49,607 bases of DNA from a virus. The stretch lies in IMG/VR virus record IMGVR_UViG_3300020202_000017, one strand, 5' to 3'. The translations under genes and the position numbers were made by a program. Shown here one piece after another: positions 33,612 to 41,568 of this stretch (positions are counted from its first letter, which is position 1; the number at the start of each line of letters is the position of its first letter). The notes beneath the pieces were generated by a model. That model did no database searches and was not told the DNA's origin. It was given only the letters and a program-made list of their open reading frames with translations.

Positions 33612-33784
33612 AGTTCCGCCAGGCCACCATCTGCTCCTACTACGACCGCAACTTAAAGCGGAGGATCGAAAAGCTGGTCTGCGTGACCACCAAGGGAAAC
33701 CTGGTGGAGCGGTTCATCGACGACCCAGAGGGGTTGTTCTTCAAGGTCCCAGCAACGCATCTGCGGAGACGTAAGGCCAAGTAG
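33608..33784 (+). CDS. Hypothetical basic miniprotein, 58 aa
   Basis: ATGA-coupled internal start of track ORF 33350..33784. Confidence 0.45.
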   Translation: MKFRQATICSYYDRNLKRRIEKLVCVTTKGNLVERFIDDPEGLFFKVPATHLRRRKAK

Positions 33785-33818
33785 CAGAGGTTTCGCATCT
33801 TCTAGTCGCTCGGCCTAC

Positions 33819-33832
33819 AGGTTTCGAAACCT
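33819..33832. promoter_or_regulatory. Perfect 14-bp palindrome AGGTTTCGAAACCT (candidate protein-binding site upstream of int)
   Basis: Related copies: TGGTTTCGAAACA at 33888-33900, AGGTTTCG at 33788-33795, AGGTTTC at 35159-35165 and GGTCGAAACC at 35257-35266. Confidence 0.4.
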
Positions 33833-33897
33833 CCGGCGGCCGCCACACCAGCGACGGGGAAAGGGGGCCCGGCGCGATGCTGACAGTTGGTTTCGAA

Positions 33898-33929
33898 ACA
33901 CCACGTCTGAATGGTGTCACAAATCTTTT
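33898..33929 (+). terminator. Weak intrinsic-terminator candidate after the 26.4-33.8 kb ORF chain
   Basis: ACACCA-N8-TGGTGT hairpin (33898-33917) followed by cacaaaTCTTTT. Confidence 0.3.
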
Positions 33930-33993
33930 GAAGGCCCTAGTTTGCTTGTTCCCAGATATACAGGCACTCCCGTACTGTCAGGCCGCCTGAACG

Positions 33994-35061
33994 ATGGGGT
34001 TGGCGGACGAGATAGCGGCGAAGGTACTGCTCGGGCTGGGCGCAACGCAGACGCCCGCTGGCAAAAAGCAGCCATCAATTTCGGTGGGCCAGCTGTACAT
34101 GAAGTATCGCGGCTCGAAGCCTCGTGGGTTGGCCTGGCGAATTGAGCGACAGAACCTCCGGTACTTCATCCTCCGCTACTGGCGGCGCCCCTGTGACTCG
34201 CTGACCCAGGTGGACTGGGACCGGCACAGAGAGCTCCGGCGGGGTGAGAAGACGCGCCAGGGAAGGCCCCCGGCTGAGTCCACGATGAACGTGGACTTGA
34301 CCCGTACGAAGCAAATGTTTTGGTACGGGGTGAACGCGGGGCTGATCGAAAAGCACCCCTTCCCGAAAGCCAAATTCGTGAAGGCCAAGAAGCGGAGGGG
34401 GACGGCGCCCAATGCTGCGCAGGTGAACGAAATCCTCGCCCACGTCGGATGCCTCCGGTACCACTACCAACAGATAACCGTCCGCGCTCTGGTGTGCGTG
34501 ATGGCGGACACTGGGGCTCGCATATCCGAGGCCATGGGCCTGCGCTGGGACAGGATCACGCTACGCTGGACTACGACCGTCCTGGGCAAGGGGGACAAAA
34601 CCAGACCCATCGCCTTCACGTCTCGAGCGCGCGAGGCGCTGTCCGCCATTCCCCGTCACCCCTCTAGTCCGTACGTGTTCACCAACTACACAAGTGGGCA
34701 GCGATGGAAAACGGGAACTGTCCGCGGGTGGTTCTACCGGGTCGTGGACGAGTGCGGCTTGAACGACATCTGCATCGACGGGGACGCGCGGATTGTCCCT
34801 CACCACCTTCGCCACTCCTTCGCCACTGAAGCGGACCGGCGAGGAGCAACCCTCACTCAGATTCAACACGCCCTTGGGCATGCCTCCGCAAAAACCACCG
34901 AGCTCTATCTCCACAAGGACAAAGAAAATAACGCCGTGGAGATTTCCAGGATTATGGAGGGCGGACGCAGGCTTATGAGACGCGGCCCCAGGAAGTCAAG
35001 TCACGAACCAGAAAAAAATCTGGACACGTCTCAAGGCAGTAGGGCAAAGTACATTTCGTGA
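33994..35061 (+). CDS. int: Tyrosine integrase
   Basis: 355 aa. Catalytic signature ..ADTGARISEA.. (Arg), HHLRHSFAT (HxxR) and LGHASAKTTELYLH (Tyr). Confidence 0.9.
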   Translation: MGLADEIAAKVLLGLGATQTPAGKKQPSISVGQLYMKYRGSKPRGLAWRIERQNLRYFILRYWRRPCDSLTQVDWDRHRELRRGEKTRQGRPPAESTMNVDLTRTKQMFWYGVNAGLIEKHPFPKAKFVKAKKRRGTAPNAAQVNEILAHVGCLRYHYQQITVRALVCVMADTGARISEAMGLRWDRITLRWTTTVLGKGDKTRPIAFTSRAREALSAIPRHPSSPYVFTNYTSGQRWKTGTVRGWFYRVVDECGLNDICIDGDARIVPHHLRHSFATEADRRGATLTQIQHALGHASAKTTELYLHKDKENNAVEISRIMEGGRRLMRRGPRKSSHEPEKNLDTSQGSRAKYIS

Positions 35062-35213
35062 GGGACGGAACATCGCCGGTGGAACCGCGAAGAGCGCCGC
35101 GCAGCGCCCGCAAACGGTCCCTCACAAGCCCCGCGAGCCGCGCTCGCGGCGCCCTTGGAGGTTTCACCAGCGAGTAGCCCGGAGACACGTCGATGGCTGA
35201 GGCCAATGTATTC

Positions 35214-35219
35214 TATAAT
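35214..35219 (+). promoter_or_regulatory. Consensus -10 hexamer TATAAT in an AT-rich patch downstream of int (candidate promoter for the 35345 ORF chain)
   Basis: gtattcTATAATcacacc. Only a weak -35 (TCGATG) lies 18 nt upstream. Confidence 0.3.
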
Positions 35220-35344
35220 CACACCAAATCACCTCTAACCCCACGTCGGACGCGGGGGTCGAAACCGACCGCGGCGGTAGTTAAAGCTGCGCTGGAGTGG
35301 CTGCTGGCCACACACGCAGACCCGATTAGGCGGGCGGTGGCGCG

Positions 35345-35671
35345 ATGAAGACGGCGACGCTGGTTGCGAAGCTGCCGAGCGCTCGAACCGATGCCCGCGT
35401 CTACGAGCTATCGGAGTCGATGACTTGGCACCGATGGGATGGCGATAAGGAGAAAGAAGAGCTGGCGACGCACGTGGTGGTGAGCGCCGCCGTGGTGCCA
35501 TTCGGCGGGCCCGAGACGTACATCTTCCCGGCCGGGAAGGACGAAGGCGGCGATTGGCAGATAGCCGACTGGCTGGAACTGGAAGGCTCGTTCCGCGGGG
35601 GGCTCGACCACGCCGAGGCGCTCCGTCGTGCCGGCTATGAGGTGGCTGCTTCGCAGAAGGCCCAGCCGTGA
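35345..35671 (+). CDS. Hypothetical protein, 108 aa
   Basis: Its stop overlaps the next start (GTGA). Confidence 0.55.
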   Translation: MKTATLVAKLPSARTDARVYELSESMTWHRWDGDKEKEELATHVVVSAAVVPFGGPETYIFPAGKDEGGDWQIADWLELEGSFRGGLDHAEALRRAGYEVAASQKAQP

Positions 35672-35922
35672 AGCCCTCAGCGAGGGAGAGGTGGGAGATG
35701 GCGACGACTCTCGCCAGCGCAGCGAACCTGCGGGACTCGTCTGACCGATATCGGCGGCTGTTCGCGAGCGAGCTGGCGACATGGGCTCACGGTAACGATT
35801 GGCCATCGCTCACGGACGTGTATCACCTGAACTACTCTGGGTGCGCGCTCCTTGTCGCCGCTTCCCTCGCTCTCGACGGCCTCTCTATTGAGGAGGTGAG
35901 TCGGGTGGAGGGATTGGAGTGA
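35668..35922 (+). CDS. Hypothetical protein, 84 aa
   Basis: GTGA-coupled at both ends. Confidence 0.5.
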   Translation: MKPSARERWEMATTLASAANLRDSSDRYRRLFASELATWAHGNDWPSLTDVYHLNYSGCALLVAASLALDGLSIEEVSRVEGLE

Positions 35923-36047
35923 CCCCCCGCCAGCTATCCCGGTTAAGGGAGTTGATGAAGGAGTCTAAGAGGGTGGCGAGGGAGGGGAGGAGATTGGGGG
36001 CGCGCTTGCGCGCGCTAACAGCGGTCAGTCGAGGAAGGGGCCGATGA
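35919..36047 (+). CDS. Arg-rich micro-ORF, 42 aa (not in the ORF track)
   Basis: Hand translation: VTPRQLSRLRELMKESKRVAREGRRLGARLRALTAVSRGRGR. GTGA overlap upstream and ATGA overlap downstream. Confidence 0.4.
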   Translation: MTPRQLSRLRELMKESKRVAREGRRLGARLRALTAVSRGRGR

Positions 36048-36259
36048 TTAAGGCGCTCGCCCACGACGACGACGGCAAGCCGATGTACATCGTCGGGCTG
36101 TCCGAGCACAACCTCCGGTTGTTGCGCGATGGGAAGCCCATCGCGTTCGACATGGCGCAGATGGGCGGCGAGGGCCGGATGTTGATCTTCTACGGCGTCA
36201 CCGAGGAGGCGATGGCGCGCGAGCTGAAGAAGCACATGCGCCTCCCGGAGAAGGAGTGA
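36044..36259 (+). CDS. Hypothetical protein, 71 aa
   Basis: ATGA-coupled, and its stop overlaps the next GTG. Confidence 0.55.
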   Translation: MIKALAHDDDGKPMYIVGLSEHNLRLLRDGKPIAFDMAQMGGEGRMLIFYGVTEEAMARELKKHMRLPEKE

Positions 36260-36507
36260 CCATGGACAGCAAAGGCCATCTGTACGCGAACAAGGCCGCC
36301 CTTGAGGCAATGGAAGAGCGCCTCCGTGAGGCGTTCACGCCGACGGAGGCCATGCCGGCTGACGCGATTGAAGTCGCCAACCCGAAGGTGGCCGAGACGC
36401 TGGCGAAGATGAACCGCAAGGCACGGCGCGTGTACTTCAGCGAGCGGCGACGGGGAGCCAGCGAGGACGAAGCGCTCGCCGCCGCCGAAGGGTCGTACTA
36501 CCCATGA
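36256..36507 (+). CDS. Hypothetical protein, 83 aa
   Basis: GTGA-coupled. Alternative ATG at 36262 lies 5 nt after AAGGAG. Confidence 0.55.
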   Translation: MTMDSKGHLYANKAALEAMEERLREAFTPTEAMPADAIEVANPKVAETLAKMNRKARRVYFSERRRGASEDEALAAAEGSYYP

Positions 36508-36608
36508 CCTCCCGCCGTATCACCACCCTCAACTCCTACGCCAAGTACCTCTGCCTATGGGGAGCAATCCTCCTGGTGTTGCTGCTGTGCTCGTGGGGGG
36601 AGCCGTGA
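36504..36608 (+). CDS. 34-aa single-TM micro-ORF (not in the ORF track)
   Basis: MTSRRITTLNSYAKYLCLWGAILLVLLLCSWGEP. ATGA overlap upstream and GTGA overlap downstream. Confidence 0.4.
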   Translation: MTSRRITTLNSYAKYLCLWGAILLVLLLCSWGEP

Positions 36609-36901
36609 AGATCAACGGCGAGGAAGTGGAGCCGGTGGCCTTCGTGGACCTCCAGCTAGGCGACATCGTCTACGTCGACGAATGCGATTGCGGTAAGCGC
36701 TGGTGCCGCGGGATGCTGGTCGAATACGCAGACGACTTCCTCGACGGGAAAGGCCCCGGTTGGGTGACCCTGCCCAACTGCTCGGCGCCTACCGATGAGG
36801 CTGCCGCGCTCTTTGACACCCCGGGAGCGGTCTTTTACCGGGTAATCGACCAACCCATGGTCAAGCAAACCACCACCCGGAAGAAGGAGGCTGTCCGGTG
36901 A
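36605..36901 (+). CDS. Hypothetical protein, 98 aa
   Basis: GTGA-coupled internal start of track ORF 36557..36901. CDCGKRWC. Confidence 0.5.
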   Translation: MKINGEEVEPVAFVDLQLGDIVYVDECDCGKRWCRGMLVEYADDFLDGKGPGWVTLPNCSAPTDEAAALFDTPGAVFYRVIDQPMVKQTTTRKKEAVR

Positions 36902-36993
36902 GGTGTAGCCGCTGTCAGCGCCGTTGCGGCGCTACCAAGCTCTTTGCTGGAAAGCCTTATTGCTGTGGCTGCTACCCGGCGGTGATTGGGTGA
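36898..36993 (+). CDS. 31-aa zinc-ribbon micro-ORF (not in the ORF track)
   Basis: VRCSRCQRRCGATKLFAGKPYCCGCYPAVIG. GTGA overlaps at both ends. Confidence 0.4.
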   Translation: MRCSRCQRRCGATKLFAGKPYCCGCYPAVIG

Positions 36994-37343
36994 TTGCCGC
37001 GATTGTGGGCAGCAGGAGTGGTCTCGACTGGGCGCGGGTGCGCTCGGGAATTAAGGCCATTGTTTCCCGGGCTGACATCGGGACGGTAGTCAGCGGTGGA
37101 GCGCTCGGCGTAGACCGGATAGCCGAATCCATGGCGCTCGCAGCCGGCAAGCGAGTGCGTGTGTTCTACCCGGACTGGGAAAAGTACGGCCGCAGCGCCG
37201 GCATGAGGCGCAACCGAGAAATAGTCTCATTGGCTGACGAGGTGTTCGCCTTCTGGGACGGGAAGAGTCGCGGAACTAAGAACAGCATCGAGACGGCTCG
37301 CAAGCTTGGCAAAACCGTCCACGTGTTCGAGGTGCCAGTGTGA
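36990..37343 (+). CDS. SLOG-fold protein, DUF2493/YpsA-like (Rossmann-like nucleotide-binding)
   Basis: ..VVSGGALGVDRIAE..YPDWEKYGRSAGMRRNREIVSLADEVFAFWDGKSRGTKNSIETARKLGKTVHVF. GGxxGxD plus RN..iv..aD and wdG.SrGT motifs. Confidence 0.5.
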   Translation: MIAAIVGSRSGLDWARVRSGIKAIVSRADIGTVVSGGALGVDRIAESMALAAGKRVRVFYPDWEKYGRSAGMRRNREIVSLADEVFAFWDGKSRGTKNSIETARKLGKTVHVFEVPV

Positions 37344-37666
37344 CCGCGGTCGCCGAGAGATCGGAGGACAACGAGGAACTACGCGAGGCGTTGTTCTCAT
37401 GGCTGCTGAAGCAGCCTTGGATTCGCGGCGGACTGCATGAGGCAGACGTGACCGACATTATCCGACTTGTTGCTCAGTACATCACGCCCGGCCGAAAGTC
37501 ATCAGTACACAATGGACTTGCCCCGGCCGAAATCCTACTGCGCGAGTTTCTTGAGAAGTGGAGTCCAGGGGTTATGGACCACCCCGACCCGGGCGGCCTG
37601 GGGTTTGTCCGACGTGTAGCTCGGTACTTCATCCGCCGCCTCCCGACCAAGGTGGTGACTGGGTGA
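37340..37666 (+). CDS. Hypothetical protein, 108 aa
   Basis: GTGA-coupled at both ends. Confidence 0.55.
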   Translation: MTAVAERSEDNEELREALFSWLLKQPWIRGGLHEADVTDIIRLVAQYITPGRKSSVHNGLAPAEILLREFLEKWSPGVMDHPDPGGLGFVRRVARYFIRRLPTKVVTG

Positions 37667-37833
37667 AGAAGCCAAAGTACGTCATGGGGCAGGCACTCTA
37701 CAGCTACGACGGCGGCCGAACGTGGACCACGAGGCGACGCTTGCTGAAGGCGGTCACGTCAATGAAAGTGACCAGCGTAGATTACGAGAACGGCGTCATC
37801 ACCCTCGACACACACGTAAAGGGCAAGCCGTGA
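37663..37833 (+). CDS. Hypothetical miniprotein, 56 aa
   Basis: GTGA-coupled internal start of track ORF 37558..37833. Confidence 0.45.
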   Translation: MKKPKYVMGQALYSYDGGRTWTTRRRLLKAVTSMKVTSVDYENGVITLDTHVKGKP

Positions 37834-38312
37834 AACGCTCCTACCTCCAACGGAAAGAGCCCATGAAGCGCTCCAGGAAGCGCAAGGCTAAGCGAAAGGT
37901 CTCAACCAAGGGCTTCGCCCACCCCAAGCCAGTAAAGCGCGCCAAAGCGAAGCTGAGAGCGGGGAGGGTGCCTCAGAACGAGGAATACAAGAACTGGATT
38001 CGCACCCAGCCATGTATCGGCCTCTCCGAATGGCCCCCCAACAGTCACGGGGACTACGGGGTCCAAGGGCACTACTGCCAGGGAGAGACCCAGCCTAACC
38101 ACGAACGGAACCACACGGGTTGGGGGCTGAAAGAGCCTGACGAAACCTGCGTCCCCTTCTGCTGGATTTTACACACCCAATGGAGTGACCACACCGGGCG
38201 GTTTGCAGGGTGGGACAACGAAGCGCGTCACCGCTTCATGGAAGAGAAGCGGATAGAGCTGAACGCGCGGTTTGAGCTCGAGACAGGGAAACAACTGGAG
38301 TGGAGGCCGTAG
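37830..38312 (+). CDS. Cys/His-rich basic protein, 160 aa (DUF968/NinG-like nuclease-type look)
   Basis: GTGA-coupled internal start. ..YKNWIRTQPCIG..HERNHTGWGLKEPDETCVPFCWILHTQW.. Weak resemblance only. Confidence 0.35.
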   Translation: MKRSYLQRKEPMKRSRKRKAKRKVSTKGFAHPKPVKRAKAKLRAGRVPQNEEYKNWIRTQPCIGLSEWPPNSHGDYGVQGHYCQGETQPNHERNHTGWGLKEPDETCVPFCWILHTQWSDHTGRFAGWDNEARHRFMEEKRIELNARFELETGKQLEWRP

Positions 38313-38555
38313 ATGAAAGAGCCAATCCAAGTAGGTGACGTGGTTTGCATTAGAGACGGGAAGAAAAACACATACCGGATGCACTATGGGTTTGAGTGCG
38401 AGAAGCCGCGAGTTGTACTTGGCCATGACTTTGGCACAGGCCGCAGGCGCCTGCACCTCGACGGACCTCCCGGCTATCTGTGGATTGGAGACGCGAAACT
38501 GGTCATGCGGAAACATGAACTCGAGGCGCAACAGAAGGCCAAAAAGAGCGCCTAA
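38313..38555 (+). CDS. Hypothetical protein, 80 aa
   Basis: ATG directly follows the upstream TAG. Confidence 0.55.
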   Translation: MKEPIQVGDVVCIRDGKKNTYRMHYGFECEKPRVVLGHDFGTGRRRLHLDGPPGYLWIGDAKLVMRKHELEAQQKAKKSA

Positions 38556-39407
38556 GTGGCCCGCATCCGCCAAATCAAGCCCCAGTTCTTCACCGACGAG
38601 GACATCGTCACGCTGGGGCCTTTGGCTCGCCTGTTCTTTATTGGCCTATGGACCGTCGCCGACAGGGAGGGGCGGCTCGAGGACAAACCGCTAACGCTTA
38701 AGCTGCAAATCCTGCCTTTCGATGAAGTGGACCCTGCTGTCCTGCTTGCTGAGTTAGCCGCACGCTCGTTGATCTACCGCTACCAAGTCGACGGTAAGCG
38801 CTACATCTCGATTCCCGGCTTCACCAAGCACCAGCATTGCCACAAAGACGAAGCTGCGAGCAAACTCCCGGGACCGGAGACAGGTTCTCCACTCCATCGG
38901 CAAGAGCCCAGCAACGTCAATCAATCTGCAATGTTAGCAGAGCCCGGTGCAAGCACCGTGCAACCACCGGGCAAACACCATGGGAGCACGCCTCTTAGTC
39001 TGAATACTGAAAGACTGAATACTTGTAACGGGAATCTGGAGAAGAACCGGCCGGCAAAGCCGTCCGCCCCCTCGGCCTTCGGCCAAGTATTGAATGCGTG
39101 GTTAGATGCCTGGGGAGCCGAGAAGGGCACACCTTACACGCCTACGGGCGGTGACAAAGCCCAGCTCGGGAGGCTGCTAAACGCAATCGGCAGGGACGGG
39201 CTAGTAGAGCTTCCAAGGCTGTTCCTGCTGTACCTCCAGGACTCCGACCCGTTCCTAGCAAAACAGGGCTGGAGCCTGGCTTACTTCTGCACGCATTGCG
39301 TGAACAAGTACCGTCTGCCCGGAGCGAACGGGGTGCCTCGTCCGTCGTCGAAATGGGAAGACAGCCGCAGGACGTCAATTGCATGGGCCAAGAAAGGGGT
39401 TGCATGA
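38556..39407 (+). CDS. Replication initiator/replisome-organiser-like protein (putative)
   Basis: GTG start. The N-terminus IKPQFFTDEDIVTLGPLARLFFIGLWTVADREGR.. is a motif common in prophage replication proteins. Family not verified. Confidence 0.35.
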   Translation: MARIRQIKPQFFTDEDIVTLGPLARLFFIGLWTVADREGRLEDKPLTLKLQILPFDEVDPAVLLAELAARSLIYRYQVDGKRYISIPGFTKHQHCHKDEAASKLPGPETGSPLHRQEPSNVNQSAMLAEPGASTVQPPGKHHGSTPLSLNTERLNTCNGNLEKNRPAKPSAPSAFGQVLNAWLDAWGAEKGTPYTPTGGDKAQLGRLLNAIGRDGLVELPRLFLLYLQDSDPFLAKQGWSLAYFCTHCVNKYRLPGANGVPRPSSKWEDSRRTSIAWAKKGVA

Positions 39408-39997
39408 ACAAGCGAGAGGCGTTCGTAACGGTGCTCAACGTTCTCGGAGAGTCGTTCAATCGTCCGATGACCGAGGGCTTGCTTGAGGGGTACTGGATGG
39501 CGCTGCAAGACTTGTCCACCGAGGAAATGCAGGCCGCCGGGAAGCGTGCGCTGCAGGAGTGCAAGTTCATGCCAGCTCCGTCGGAGCTACTGGCGTTCGT
39601 TGGGCGTGGACCCAGGGACTTCGCCTTTGAGACTGCGAAAGCCTGGGAGGCGGTTGTGTGGGCGATGAACCGGTACGACTACACGGATTCGGTGGATTTC
39701 GGACCGCTGGTGAACGCTGTGATCCGAAACCTGGGAGGCTGGGTCTACCTGTGCAACCAGAAGCTTCCCGAGCTCGTCTGGCGCCGCAAAGACTTCGAGA
39801 GGCTCTACGAAGCCTTCGCAAGCAAGCCAGTGGACCAGCTCAATGGCGGGTACCTCCCCGGAGAGCACAAGACCGAGATTCGAAGGATTGCAATCAACGG
39901 CGTTACTCCGCCCAAGATGCTGCCGGCGAAGAAGGAAGACCCAGCGCTAGAGATGCGAGCCCACATTGCCAGCCTGGTAAACGGCAAGACGCTGTGA
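39404..39997 (+). CDS. Helicase-loader-like protein (G39P-type N-terminus, putative)
   Basis: ATGA-coupled internal start of track ORF 39296..39997. ..LEGYWMALQDLSTEEMQAAGKRALQECKFMPAPSELL.. resembles loader N-domains. Confidence 0.3.
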   Translation: MNKREAFVTVLNVLGESFNRPMTEGLLEGYWMALQDLSTEEMQAAGKRALQECKFMPAPSELLAFVGRGPRDFAFETAKAWEAVVWAMNRYDYTDSVDFGPLVNAVIRNLGGWVYLCNQKLPELVWRRKDFERLYEAFASKPVDQLNGGYLPGEHKTEIRRIAINGVTPPKMLPAKKEDPALEMRAHIASLVNGKTL

Positions 39998-40167
39998 CCG
40001 CAGCCATCTACCAGCTCTCTAGGGGCTACGAGATTTGGACGTGGCTTTGTGAAAAGCACCTAAAGGCGAAGAGAGCGGAAGGCTTTGAAGTGAAAGAGAA
40101 GCGGGAACCCAAACATGAGTTGAAGTGCGATGCGTGTAAACGAAGTGAACGAACAACAGGAGAGTGA
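39994..40167 (+). CDS. Hypothetical miniprotein, 57 aa
   Basis: GTGA-coupled internal start of track ORF 39658..40167. Confidence 0.4.
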   Translation: MTAAIYQLSRGYEIWTWLCEKHLKAKRAEGFEVKEKREPKHELKCDACKRSERTTGE

Positions 40168-40171
40168 CCCA

Positions 40172-40648
40172 ATGTCTACGTACATCACGAAGCGAGCTGA
40201 AGACCTGGGACTGTCGGTGGTCGATGCGGACAAGCCTCTGCAAGTCGAGGTGAAACCAACAGACATCGAGAAGGCGGTCCAAAAGAACTCTAAGTGCTGC
40301 GCGTTTGTCAGAGCATGCGAGCGGTCGCTGGATATTAATGCCGCCTTCTTCTTTCGCACGAAGGCGTGGCTGGAATATGACGACAAAATTGTCCGCTACG
40401 AATTGCCGCCGTCTGTGCAGCGCGAGATTGTTGCGTTCGACCGCAGTCGGAAAATGGCCCCAGGCGTGTACCAGCTGTCCGCCGTGAGCCCGAGAAATAC
40501 CCTTGCTGCAAAGGCTGCGGTGCGCGCAAAAGAGCCGCGCGGGAGACACGCCAGCAAAGGTATTATCCCAGCTGGCAGAAAGGGCGGGCTGGTCCATCGG
40601 ACTTCCGGCGTGCGGACGTTAAGCGAGCCCTCATACCGGAGTCGCTAG
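40172..40648 (+). CDS. Hypothetical protein, 158 aa
   Basis: ATG lies 8 nt after a GGAGAG RBS-like element (the track ORF opens at 40130). Confidence 0.55.
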   Translation: MSTYITKRAEDLGLSVVDADKPLQVEVKPTDIEKAVQKNSKCCAFVRACERSLDINAAFFFRTKAWLEYDDKIVRYELPPSVQREIVAFDRSRKMAPGVYQLSAVSPRNTLAAKAAVRAKEPRGRHASKGIIPAGRKGGLVHRTSGVRTLSEPSYRSR

Positions 40649-40650
40649 CC

Positions 40651-41061
40651 GTGGGAAGCGTGAACAAGGTGATTCTAGTAGGCAACCTGGGAGCGGACCC
40701 GGAACTCAAGTACACCCAGCAGCAAAAGGCCCTCTGCAACCTCCGCGTAGCAACGCAGGAGACCTGGAAGGACAAATCAGGGGCGAAGCAAGAAAAGACC
40801 GAATGGCACCGGGTCACCGTATGGGGCGACCAGGCCGAGAACTGCGAGAAGTACCTGGCCAAGGGACGCTCGGTCTACGTAGAGGGGCGTCTTCAGACTA
40901 GGAGCTTCGACAAGGACGGCCACAAGCACTACGCCACCGACATTGTAGCTGACAAGGTGGTGTTCCTCGGTGGAGGGAAGGGCGAAGAGAAGCAGGAGCC
41001 GAAGTCCACCGCCAAACACTATGAGTCGGACCCCTATGGGGACGACGATGTGGATTTCTAG
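40651..41061 (+). CDS. ssb: Single-stranded DNA-binding protein
   Basis: OB-fold signature VNKVILVGNLGADPELKYT..TEWHRVTVWG..AENCEKYLAKGRSVYVEGRLQTRSF.. and an acidic tail DDDVDF. Confidence 0.9.
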   Translation: MGSVNKVILVGNLGADPELKYTQQQKALCNLRVATQETWKDKSGAKQEKTEWHRVTVWGDQAENCEKYLAKGRSVYVEGRLQTRSFDKDGHKHYATDIVADKVVFLGGGKGEEKQEPKSTAKHYESDPYGDDDVDF

Positions 41062-41064
41062 GCC

Positions 41065-41229
41065 ATGAGCGCTGAGGACAAGGCCAAGAGAGCATTCCTC
41101 CGAGTGAAGCTCGAGAGGCGAGTAGCCACGCTCTCTGACGGGATTGAAGCAGAGAGGCTGGGTCTCGGGAGGGTTACCTGTCGGGATGGAATCTGGAGAT
41201 GGGAGTGGGCTGATGGCAAGGGAATGTAA
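41065..41229 (+). CDS. Hypothetical miniprotein, 54 aa (not in the ORF track)
   Basis: Hand translation: MSAEDKAKRAFLRVKLERRVATLSDGIEAERLGLGRVTCRDGIWRWEWADGKGM. Overlaps the next ORF by 17 nt. Confidence 0.35.
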   Translation: MSAEDKAKRAFLRVKLERRVATLSDGIEAERLGLGRVTCRDGIWRWEWADGKGM

Positions 41230-41560
41230 GAGCTGCCTGGCTATCAAGGCCGATGGAGCCTTCTACAGCCAGTGTCGGTCTGTTTGTCGGGACTGCTACG
41301 TGGAGCGGTGCAAGGAGAGGTACAGGAGGGCGAGGGCGGCTGGGTTGTGTACGAGGTGCAGAAAGAGGCCAGCGGGGAAGGAGTCCATGTGCTCTGCGTG
41401 TGTGGATAAGCTGACTGCGTCGAGGCGTTCTGAGCCTGGGGCGTTTGCTGGTTTGTCGGATGGGGATGAGGAGAGGCCTAGGTGCAGGTGTGGTCTCTCG
41501 CTTCCGTGTGCTGGGTGTCCGAGTATCTATTCCTACGCTGCCAAGAGGGTGGCAGAGTGA
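41213..41560 (+). CDS. Cys-rich (multi-CxxC) protein, 115 aa
   Basis: Internal ATG of track ORF 41144..41560. CKSC, CRDC, CTRC, CSAC, CRC and CAGC. Confidence 0.5.
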   Translation: MARECKSCLAIKADGAFYSQCRSVCRDCYVERCKERYRRARAAGLCTRCRKRPAGKESMCSACVDKLTASRRSEPGAFAGLSDGDEERPRCRCGLSLPCAGCPSIYSYAAKRVAE

Positions 41561-41568
41561 GGTCAGAG

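Noticed and set aside
33819-33846. A tRNA-3'-end-like string (GGTTTCGAAACCTCCGGCGGCCGCCA) that could mark a tRNA-derived attP core.
   Set aside because: I could not fold a valid T-arm. The stems do not pair and the loop has an extra T/A compared with GGTTCGAATCC. It is better described as a 14-bp palindrome.
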